64,000 bases of DNA from assembly GCA_033763315.1 (NCBI GenBank), contig JANRKS010000008.1, forward strand, positions 1-64,000, given 5' to 3'. Under the pieces are notes generated by a model that was given only the letters and a program-made list of their open reading frames with translations, was not told the origin of the DNA and ran no database searches. Position numbers and translations under genes: made by a program. This document shows, in pieces, positions 51,180 through 60,200 of the stretch. The stretch's first letter is position 1; every line of letters begins with the position of its first letter. Origin of the DNA: Deltaproteobacteria bacterium (lineage in GTDB: Bacteria; Myxococcota_A; Polyangia; Fen-1088).

Positions 51180-54100
51180 CTGCCCGTCGACAACCAGAAA
51201 TCCTTCCCGCCCAGTCTGGGTGAAGCGCCCATTGCCGTTGTGGGAGTGTCGGCCTTGTTCCCGGGCTCCGTGAACAAGGAGGGGTTTTGGCGCGACATCT
51301 TGGCCGGTAAGGATCTGCTGACCGATGTGCCCGCCACCCACTGGTTGATCGACGACTATTACGACGCCGATCCAAAGGCCCGTGACAAAACCTACGCGCG
51401 GCGCGGGGCGTTTTTGCCAGAGGTGGATTTTGATCCCGTGGCGTGGGGCCTGCCACCCACGTTGCTGCCCAACACAGACACAACGCAATTGCTGGCGCTG
51501 ATCGTGGCGCAACAGGTTCTTGAAGACGCGTGTGGCACGCAATTTAAAACCGTGAACCGCGAACGCATCAGCGTGATCTTGGGCGTGACGTCCGCACAAG
51601 AGCTGCTGGGCAACATGGTCAGCCGGCTGCAAAAGCCGGTGTGGGTCAAAGCCCTGCGCGAGATGGGTTTGCCGGAAAGCAAAGTGCAGGACGCCTGCGA
51701 TCGCATCGCGTCTCACTACGTTGAATGGAAAGAAAGCACCTTTCCCGGTGTTTTAGGCAACGTGGTTGCGGGGCGCATCGCCAACCGCCTGAACTTGGGC
51801 GGCACGAACTGCGTGACAGACGCCGCCTGTGCCAGCAGCTTGTCGGCGTTGTCGATGGCTGTGTCTGAACTGCGCCTTGGTCAATCAGACATGGTGATCA
51901 CCGGCGGCGCCGACACCATGAACGACATCTTCATGTACATCTGCTTCTCGAAGACACCTGCGCTTTCACCCACGGGTGATTGCCGGCCGTTTTCGGATCA
52001 AGCCGATGGCACGATGTTGGGCGAAGGCTTGGGCATGTTGGCGCTCAAACGTTTGGCCGACGCTGAACGTGATGGCGATCGCATTTATGCGCTGATCAAA
52101 GGCATCGGCACGTCTTCGGATGGCCGTTCCAAGAGCGTGTACGCGCCGGTGGCCGCGGGACAAGCGGTGGCGTTGCGACGCGCTTATGAAGAGGCGGGTT
52201 ATAGCCCAAGCACCGTGCAGTTGGTGGAGGCGCATGGCACCGGCACGCGCGCGGGCGATGCCGCTGAATTTGAAGGGCTTCGCACTGTATTCGATGAGGC
52301 CGGCCGCGGCGACAAAGCTTGGTGCGCGCTGGGATCGGTGAAATCACAGGTGGGCCACACGAAAGCCGCCGCGGGCGCGGCCGGCTTGTTCAAAGCTGTA
52401 ATGGCGCTTCACCACAAAGTGCTGCCACCCACAATCAAAGTGGACCGGCCCGACCCGAAATTAAACATCGAGCAAAGCCCGTTTTATCTAAACACGGTGG
52501 CGCGGCCATGGGTACGCAGCGGCGCGCATCCGCGTCGTGCGTCGGTCAGTTCGTTTGGGTTTGGCGGGTCCAACTTTCACGTGGCGTTGGAAGAATACAC
52601 AGGCCCCGCAACGGCGGCGCGCTTGCTGCCTGATGTGGGGCACGTGGTTTTGCTGTCGGGCACACAGGCGGAATTGGCCGCACGCTGCGCCGCTTTGGCC
52701 GCGCAGTTCGATGAAGCACCGGCCGGCGTGTTGGCTTTCGTGGCGTGGGATTCACAACGCACGTTCGAGCCCAAAGCCACGGCGCGCTTAAGTGTGTTTG
52801 CCGCGAGCGAAGCCGATGCGGCGGCGAAGTTCAAACAAGCCGAGGCCATCGTGAAGACGGGACACGATCTGGTCTCGCCTGCAGGCATCGAATTCTGTGC
52901 AACACCTGCCAGCGGTAGCCTGGCGTTCTTATTTCCCGGTCAAGGCAGCCAATATCTTGGCATGGCCGCGGACACTGTGATGGGCGTTCCGTCGGCGATG
53001 CAGGCGTGGGAGCAAGCGTGCGGCGACGCTGGATCGTGGGGCGCGGCTTTGGCCGAGGTCACGTACCCGCAGCCGGTGTTCGATGATGAACAACGGCAAG
53101 CGCAAGCGCTGCGGTTGACCGCCACCGAATGGGCACAGCCCGCGATCGGCGCCACGAGCTTGGCGTTGTTGAAAATCTTGCGCGCGTTGCAAGTCGAGCC
53201 TGCGTACGTGGCGGGCCACAGCTTCGGTGAAGTCACGGCGTTGCATGCGGCCGGCGTGTTTGGCGCGGCCGACGTCATGCACATTGCACGCAAGCGGGGC
53301 GAGTTGATGGCCGCGGCGTCGGCCACACCGGGCGCGATGCTTGGCGTGGCAACAGCCTTGGTCGATGTGCAACAGCATCTGCGCGACGCTGGTCACGTTG
53401 GGCCCGACGCACGCGTCGTGGTGGCAAACCACAACACACCTAAACAAGTTGTGTTGTCGGGGCACACAGGCGACATCGAAGCGATGGAGGCGCGTCTTAA
53501 AGCTGCCGGCGTCAACGTCACACGTTTGAATGTGTCCACGGCATTTCACTCGCCCTTGGTGGCAGGTGCCGCCGTGCCGCTGCAAGCGTTCTTGCAAGAC
53601 GTGCACATCGGCCCTCCAGTTATGCCCGTGTTTGCAAACACCACGGCTGGCCATTACCCAACCGACAAAAACGCGATCCGTGAGTTGTTGGCAAACCAAG
53701 TGGCCAACCCCGTGCGCTTCGTGGAACAGATCGAAGCCATGTACGCGGCCGGCGTGCGCACCTTTGTGGAAGTGGGCCCGGGCCATGTGTTGACGGCGCT
53801 CGTGGGCCACATCTTGAAGGACCGCCCGCACCGCGCCGTCGCTTTGGATCGCAAAGGACGCAATGGCCTCAGCACCTTGTTGCAAGGCCTTGGCGCGTTG
53901 GCCTTGGCAGGAAACGCGATTGATTTTTCCGCCTGGTGGCAGCCGTTTGCGCAACCCACCGATCCCCGTTTGCAGACCAAACCTGCACTGACCCTAAAAG
54001 TGGGCGGTGCCAGTTTCGGAAAGCCTTATCCCCCTGCTGGAGGAGCAGCCGCTTTGCCTAAGCCCAATGAAGAGAGCCCCGTTTCACAACCGTTGACCCC

Positions 54101-57100
54101 CGCGGCCGCGCCGGCGCCTGTGGCACCAGCGCCCGCAGCCATGCCCGTGATGGATGCAAGCGTGCAGTACGCGTGGGTTATGGCGATCACCGAAAGCCAA
54201 CGCCAAACGGCGGAGGCCCACGCAGCGTTCGCGCGCGCCATGGCCGAAACGCACGCGGCATTCTTGCGGTCGGCCGAAGCATCGCTGATGGGGCTCAACG
54301 CCGCTTTGGGTGGCAACGCCGTGGCGCCGTCGTTCGCGCCGCCAGCACCTGTGTTTGCAGCACCGCCAGCACCTGTGTTTGCAGCGCCGCCAGCTCCTGT
54401 GTTTGCAGCGCAGCCAGCTCCTGCACCTGTGTTGGCAGCGCCCTCAGCACCTGCGTTTGCGGCACCGCCAGCACCTGCACCGATGTTCACAGCGCCGCCC
54501 ACACCTAGTGTTGTGCCTGCGCCGCCCACGCCGGCGCCATCACAAAGCACACCGGCAGGGCTATCGCTTGAAAGCTTGCAAGCGTTGATGCTGCAAGTGG
54601 TGGCTTCGCGCACCGGATACCCCGAGGAGATGTTGGGCCTCGGTATGGATCTTGAAGCCGACTTGGGCGTGGATTCGATCAAGCGCGTTGAAATCCTTTC
54701 CGCCGTGATGGAACGCGCGCCGGGGTTGCCTGAGGTGAACACGGCAAAGATGGCGTCGATGCGGACGTTGGCCGAGATCGTCGCTTATCTTGCCAAAGAA
54801 GGCGGCTTGGGCGCCAACGGCACCAGCGAACATCACAAGGCCAACGGAAAACCGAACGGCAAAGCGAGTGAATCGAATGGCGCCGTGGAGGGCGTCCCCC
54901 GCCCTTTAGTTGAAAGCCCTGGGGTCACCACCCTAGGGCGCCAAGCTTTGCGCGCGGTTGTGTCACCGGCTTTGGGGTTAGCCACGGCAGGCGTGCTCGA
55001 CGGACGCGTGATCATCACCGATGACGGACAAGGCGTGGCCTTTGCTTTGGCCGAACGATTGCGGAACCGGGGCGCGCAAGTGCAGGTGTGCTTGGCCACA
55101 GCCGTGCCGTCAGATGCCAACGTGCTGATCGCGCTCGACGGCTTGCGCGGCTTCAGCAGTCCCGCGGGCGCAGACGCGATCAACCGTGAATCATTCATCG
55201 CGGCGCGCTCGGTGGCCGCTGCCTTCGAGAAAAACGGTGGCACATTCATCACTGTGCAAGACACGGGTGGCGACTTTGGCCTTTCGGGTTCGCACCGCGC
55301 GTGGGTGGCAGGCATCTCCGCGTTGGCACGCACGGCCGCCATCGAGTGGCCTCAAGCCACCGTGCGCGCCTTGGATGTGGAACGCGACGAGCGCACCGCA
55401 GAACAGATCGCCGATGCGATTGCCAATGAACTTATGGCGGGTGGCCCCGAGCTTGAAATAGGTTTACGCGCCGATGGCACGCGTGTGCGCCTGGCGTTGG
55501 AGGCTTCTGCTTTAACCTTGGGCGCCAACACCAAGGTGGATCGTGCGCAAACGTCTTTCGTGGTTGCCACGGGCGGTGCGCGTGGCGTGACCGCTGCGTG
55601 TTTGCGGGCGCTGGCCGAAGCCGCGCCAGGGCGCTTCTTGTTGCTGGGGCGCACGGCTTTGCAACCTGAACCCGCCGCATGCGCGGGGGCGCAGAGCGAC
55701 GCCGAACTGAAACGGGCTTTGTTGATGGAAGCGCGCGCACAGGGCGCCACATTGACGCCGGCGGCGTTGGGCCGGCAAACGTCGGCGGTGTTGGCCAACC
55801 GCGAGGTGAACGCCACGCTGGCCGCATTGAACGCCGCAGGAAGTGAAGCCGCGTATGAAGCCGTGGACGTCACCGACGCGGCGGCCGTGGCCGCAACCAT
55901 CGATCGTTATCGCGCACGTTGGGGCGCGGTATCAGGCGTGGTGCATGGCGCGGGCGTACTCGCCGATAAGTTGATTGCACAGAAGACCGACGAACAATAC
56001 ACGTTGGTGACCCGCACAAAGGTGCACGGGCTGAGGGCATTGCTGCAAGCCACCGCACAAGACGCTTTGCGCTTCTTGTGTTTGTTCTCTTCGGTGGCGG
56101 CGCGCTCAGGGAACCTGGGTCAGTGCGATTACGCAATGGCGAACGAGATCTTGAACAAGGTCGCGCACGAAGAGCAGCGGCGCCGCGGCCCCAGCTGCGT
56201 TGTGCGATCGCTCGGGTGGGGCCCGTGGGATGGCGGGATGGTGGACGACGGCCTGCGCGCGCGGTTCGCCGCCATGGGTGTGTCGTTGATTCCGGTACCT
56301 GCCGGGGCCCAAGCGATGTTGAACGAACTGGCTTTTGGCCCACAAGCCGCCACAGAAGTGGTGTTGGGTGCCACCAACGAAGACGACGGCGCCTCCCACA
56401 GTCTGGCCGGGCCCGACGCCGGCCACGAGCTTGAATGTGAAGTGCACGTCAACCACGAATCGCACGCGTATCTTGACGGCCATCGCATCAAGGGCGTTCC
56501 CGTGGTGCCGGTGGCGTTGGTCATCGATTGGTTCGCGCGCGCCGCACACGCTTTGCGCCCGGACTTGGTGTTGTCAGCGATCCGCAACGTGAAGGTGCTG
56601 CGAGGCGTGCGCCTGTTTGGGTTTGATCAAGGCGCAACGGAGCGCGTGGTGATCAAAGCGCGGCAGCTATCCAATGGCGGTCAAGCGACGCTGTCACTTG
56701 AGCTGCGTTCCACCGAAGGCGCCAAGCTTTACACCGCCACCGGCGAGATGCGAACGCACGCGTCCATCGCCACCCGCCCCGCGCCCGTTTTGGAGGCGTT
56801 GCAGTCGTCACCCCGCGTGGTGTATGGCCAGGCGCCGTTGTTTCACGGTCCCACCTTTCAAATGATCGACGCGTTGACCGGTATCGCGCCCGGCGGGTTG
56901 GCGGCAACCATCAACGGTGTGTTGGCTTTGTCGTGGCACGAAGCGGGCGCGCACAGGCCGTGGCGCACGGATCCCGCGGCGGTGGATGCGGCGCTGCAGT
57001 TGGCGCTGTTGTGGACGCATCATAAAGTGGGTGGCGTTTCGCTGCCCACGGGGCTCGAAGCCCTGTTGATTCACAAGACGGGCCCTTGGATTGGCCGTGT

Positions 57101-57266
57101 GCACGCCACGCTGCAAACGCGGCATCCGCAAGGCGAACACAAAGATCGCTGCGTGGTGGATGTTGTGTTCGTCAACGATCTGGGTGACGTCTTAGGCGAA
57201 GCTTTAGGCATCGAGACGCACGTCATCGCCAGCGGCGAGCCGGTGCCTGCGGCAGTCGTGGTTTAA
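51180..57266 (+). CDS. pfa2: PUFA synthase subunit PfaA/Pfa2 (KS-MAT-ACP-KR-DH)
   Basis: KS DAACASS/HGTGT/GHTK; AT GHSFG/AFHS; one ACP LGVDSIKR; KR GGARGVT/YAMAN; DH HxxxGxxxxP/DAALQ. Start CTG 51180 inferred (ORF open from 51132). Confidence 0.92.
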   Translation: MPVDNQKSFPPSLGEAPIAVVGVSALFPGSVNKEGFWRDILAGKDLLTDVPATHWLIDDYYDADPKARDKTYARRGAFLPEVDFDPVAWGLPPTLLPNTDTTQLLALIVAQQVLEDACGTQFKTVNRERISVILGVTSAQELLGNMVSRLQKPVWVKALREMGLPESKVQDACDRIASHYVEWKESTFPGVLGNVVAGRIANRLNLGGTNCVTDAACASSLSALSMAVSELRLGQSDMVITGGADTMNDIFMYICFSKTPALSPTGDCRPFSDQADGTMLGEGLGMLALKRLADAERDGDRIYALIKGIGTSSDGRSKSVYAPVAAGQAVALRRAYEEAGYSPSTVQLVEAHGTGTRAGDAAEFEGLRTVFDEAGRGDKAWCALGSVKSQVGHTKAAAGAAGLFKAVMALHHKVLPPTIKVDRPDPKLNIEQSPFYLNTVARPWVRSGAHPRRASVSSFGFGGSNFHVALEEYTGPATAARLLPDVGHVVLLSGTQAELAARCAALAAQFDEAPAGVLAFVAWDSQRTFEPKATARLSVFAASEADAAAKFKQAEAIVKTGHDLVSPAGIEFCATPASGSLAFLFPGQGSQYLGMAADTVMGVPSAMQAWEQACGDAGSWGAALAEVTYPQPVFDDEQRQAQALRLTATEWAQPAIGATSLALLKILRALQVEPAYVAGHSFGEVTALHAAGVFGAADVMHIARKRGELMAAASATPGAMLGVATALVDVQQHLRDAGHVGPDARVVVANHNTPKQVVLSGHTGDIEAMEARLKAAGVNVTRLNVSTAFHSPLVAGAAVPLQAFLQDVHIGPPVMPVFANTTAGHYPTDKNAIRELLANQVANPVRFVEQIEAMYAAGVRTFVEVGPGHVLTALVGHILKDRPHRAVALDRKGRNGLSTLLQGLGALALAGNAIDFSAWWQPFAQPTDPRLQTKPALTLKVGGASFGKPYPPAGGAAALPKPNEESPVSQPLTPAAAPAPVAPAPAAMPVMDASVQYAWVMAITESQRQTAEAHAAFARAMAETHAAFLRSAEASLMGLNAALGGNAVAPSFAPPAPVFAAPPAPVFAAPPAPVFAAQPAPAPVLAAPSAPAFAAPPAPAPMFTAPPTPSVVPAPPTPAPSQSTPAGLSLESLQALMLQVVASRTGYPEEMLGLGMDLEADLGVDSIKRVEILSAVMERAPGLPEVNTAKMASMRTLAEIVAYLAKEGGLGANGTSEHHKANGKPNGKASESNGAVEGVPRPLVESPGVTTLGRQALRAVVSPALGLATAGVLDGRVIITDDGQGVAFALAERLRNRGAQVQVCLATAVPSDANVLIALDGLRGFSSPAGADAINRESFIAARSVAAAFEKNGGTFITVQDTGGDFGLSGSHRAWVAGISALARTAAIEWPQATVRALDVERDERTAEQIADAIANELMAGGPELEIGLRADGTRVRLALEASALTLGANTKVDRAQTSFVVATGGARGVTAACLRALAEAAPGRFLLLGRTALQPEPAACAGAQSDAELKRALLMEARAQGATLTPAALGRQTSAVLANREVNATLAALNAAGSEAAYEAVDVTDAAAVAATIDRYRARWGAVSGVVHGAGVLADKLIAQKTDEQYTLVTRTKVHGLRALLQATAQDALRFLCLFSSVAARSGNLGQCDYAMANEILNKVAHEEQRRRGPSCVVRSLGWGPWDGGMVDDGLRARFAAMGVSLIPVPAGAQAMLNELAFGPQAATEVVLGATNEDDGASHSLAGPDAGHELECEVHVNHESHAYLDGHRIKGVPVVPVALVIDWFARAAHALRPDLVLSAIRNVKVLRGVRLFGFDQGATERVVIKARQLSNGGQATLSLELRSTEGAKLYTATGEMRTHASIATRPAPVLEALQSSPRVVYGQAPLFHGPTFQMIDALTGIAPGGLAATINGVLALSWHEAGAHRPWRTDPAAVDAALQLALLWTHHKVGGVSLPTGLEALLIHKTGPWIGRVHATLQTRHPQGEHKDRCVVDVVFVNDLGDVLGEALGIETHVIASGEPVPAAVVV
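54341..54412 (+). repeat. 24-bp coding tandem repeat (PAPVFAAP linker), degenerating to about 54500
   Basis: Three near-identical GCCAGC(A/T)CCTGTGTTTGCAGC(A/G)C(C/A) units. Confidence 0.9.
54887..54939 (+). other. Candidate programmed -1 ribosomal frameshift signal
   Basis: GGAGGG 54887-54892; in-frame C_CCT_TTA 54902-54908; 10-bp stem 54916-54939; -1 frame stop TGA 54911-54913. Confidence 0.6.
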
Positions 57267-57277
57267 GAGCCCCACGC

Positions 57278-60200
57278 ATGTCTGCTTCTTCCTTCTGTCC
57301 GATCGCGATTGTGGGGCGCGCTTGCGTTCTGCCGAACGCGCTGTCGCCGCAAGCCTTGTGGGATCTAGTGGTGCGCAACACCGTGGCCACCAGCCGCGCG
57401 CCTGCCGGTCGGTGGGGCATTGATTCCACATTGATGTTGGCCGGGCCTGGTGAGGCCACAGGCGATCGTGCACTCAACGACGTTGGTGGCTACGTGCACG
57501 GCTTCGAGCGCGTCTTTAATCCGCATGGCTTCGTGCTGCCGGGCGATTTCATCGCGGGGCTCGATCCTGTGTTCCAGTGGTTGCTGCACACCGGACGCGA
57601 AGCCTTGCGAGACGCCAAATGGGCGGGCAAGCGGTCGCGCGTCGGCGTCGCGGTGGGCAACCTTTCATATCCGTCACAAGCCTTGTCGCGCTTTGCTGAG
57701 CGCGTGTGGCTTGAAGGCCAACCTGATCCGCGCACCGGCAGCAACCACACCACCACCGGGTTGATGGATGTGCTTGGGCTGCCGCAAATCGATCCGCACA
57801 ACCGCTTCATGTCTGGTCTGCCCGCGCATTTGCTGGCGCAAGCTTTGGATCTGGGTGCGGGTGCGTTTGCGCTTGATGCCGCGTGTGCGTCTTCGCTTTA
57901 CGCGATCAAGGTGGCTTGTGATGCGCTGGCCGATGGCCGCGCCGATTTGATGTTGGCGGGAGCGGTGAACTGCGCCGATGACTTGTTCATTCATGCGGGC
58001 TTTACGGCCCTGTCGGCGTTGAGCCCCTCGGGCCGCACGCGACCCTTTCACGCCGAGGCCGATGGGCTTGTGCCCGCCGAAGGCGCAGCGATGGTGGCGT
58101 TGATGCGGCTCACAGACGCGCAAGCGCAAGGGGCGCCCATCTTGGGTGTCATTCGTGGCATTGGTCTGTCGAACGATGGCCGGGGGCGAGGCCTCTTGGT
58201 GCCTTCACAGCCTGGGCAAGTGCGTGCGCTCAAAGCCGCCTACGCCGGCGCAGGCTTATCGCCAGACGACGTGGGTTACGTGGAATGCCACGCCACCGGC
58301 ACCAGCGTGGGCGACGCCGTTGAACTGGGCACACTGCATGAGGTGTTCGGTGCACGTCGGCACAACCTTGTTGTGGGATCTCTGAAGGCCAACCTCGGGC
58401 ACCTCATCACAGCGGCCGGCGCGGCGGGTTTGATTAAAGTGTTGTCGGCGTTTGAGGCGAAGGCGAAGCCGCCGATGCCATCCCCCGATAAGCCAAGCGG
58501 TGCTTTGCAAAAGCTGCGCACGTTGCAGCAAGCGATACCGTGGCTTGACGAAGGGCGGCCGCGGCTCGCGGCTGTCAGCGCGTTTGGGTTTGGCGGCAAC
58601 AACGCGCACTTGGTTGTGGAAGAGGCCCCCCGCGCAGGGGCGCCGCTGTCGCGCGCCGTCCCCGCCGCCTTGCCGAAACGTGAGCGGATCGCCATCGTGG
58701 CGCTTGGCGCCCGCGTGGCCGATGGCACCAACGTGGCCGATTTCGCCGAGGCCTTGTTCACCGGCACGTCGCGTTTGAACCACGGCGTGGCCGCGGCGTA
58801 TGAAGTGGCCGTTTCACTGCAAGGGCTGCGGTTTCCTCCCAACGATCTGCAAGAGACCCTGCCACAACAATTGTTGGTGTTGGCGGCCGCACGCGAAGCG
58901 GTGGAGCAAGTGGCCGCGTTGCCTTCGCAAACCACAGGCGTGTTCGTGGGCATGCAATGCGACGCCGAAATCGCGCGCCACGGAGCGCGGTGGCACGCGG
59001 CGGCGTGGGGCCAAACCTTGGAGGCCCCCTCCGGTTGGGTCGATAAAGCGCGAGACGCGTTTGTGCCCTTGCTTGGCGCGGCGGGTGTGCTGGGCGCCAT
59101 GCCGAACATTCCAGCCAACCGCTTGAGCAGCCAACTGGATCTTCAGGGCCCCAGTTTCACAGTTTCGTCCGAAGAGCTCTCTGGTGTGCGTGCGTTGGCC
59201 TTGGCCGAACGCGCGCTGCAAGCCGGTGAGATCGATGCGGCACTTGTAGCCGCAGTGGATTTGTGTGCGGAGCCCGTGCACATGGCGGCCGCGAAAGTGC
59301 TGTCTGCGAAACGACGTACCGGAGGCGACGCGGCCATCGTGATGGTGTGCAAGCGCGAGTCCGATGCGGTGGCCGATGGCGATCGCATTGTGGCGTTCGT
59401 CCAAACACAGATCGCGGCGCCGTTTTCCGATGAGGATGACGCCCGCGAACCAGATGAAGCCGACCTGCTGATGGGCGATGGCCAGGGTGCAACCAGCTTG
59501 CACACGTTGTTTGGCCACCCGCACGCGGCTGTGGGCCTGTTGCATGTGGCCGCCGCGAGCTTGTGCTGTGAACATGGGCACCTGCCAGGCGTTGAAGGTG
59601 ATCGGCTGCAGGCGCCCCGCGTTTGGAGATCATCATCAAAGCCACGGGTCGCGTCCGTGTTCGTCACGGCGTTGGGCGAGCAGGCCTGCAGCGTGCAGAT
59701 CACCAGCGCCAACTCGTCCGAACTCCCACTAAGTGAAGTGATGCGCAAGCTGCGCGCTGGGGCCTACCAACCAGCCCCGCCCGTGTTGGCGTTCCCGGCC
59801 CACCGGCCGCGCCCGCGTTTGCCACAATTGTTGGAACCACAAACCATTTTGGCGCCCGTCCAAAAGCCGCAGCTGCAGGACGCGTTCGCACCCACGGCTG
59901 CGTCGGCCGAAAGTCACGTCACCACAGTGATGCCACTGCCTCCGTGGCTTCCCCCCGCGGGGGACCTGATCGTTGGCGAGCTCAACACCACGCCCGCACA
60001 AGCGCCGCGTTTTGCCCCCTTTGCACAGATTCCCGCTGTGTCTGCGCCAGCAGTTAGGCCTCGCTCTCCTGCCCCATCGTCACAGGCCCTGGCTTACCGC
60101 AACCATGTGGCCCAGCTTCATCAAAGCTTTATCGCCACGGCCACCGCAACGCACACGCAATTTCTAGAACTGCGGCAAAAGGCATTTGCCGTGTTGCTGC

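Noticed and set aside
50916-51716. Long alternative ORFs (this one, 41339-42193, 33917-34774, 1050-2267, 7195-8379 and similar)
   Set aside because: Antisense or off-frame shadows of well-supported genes, with no recognisable motifs; expected at high GC.
54341-54500. Direct repeats as a CRISPR array (also 15257-15346)
   Set aside because: Contiguous in-frame coding repeats without spacers; no cas genes.
60014-60023. CCCCCTTTG in the pfa3 linker as a second frameshift site
   Set aside because: In frame it reads GCC CCC TTT, which is not an X_XXY_YYZ register, and I saw no SD or hairpin around it.
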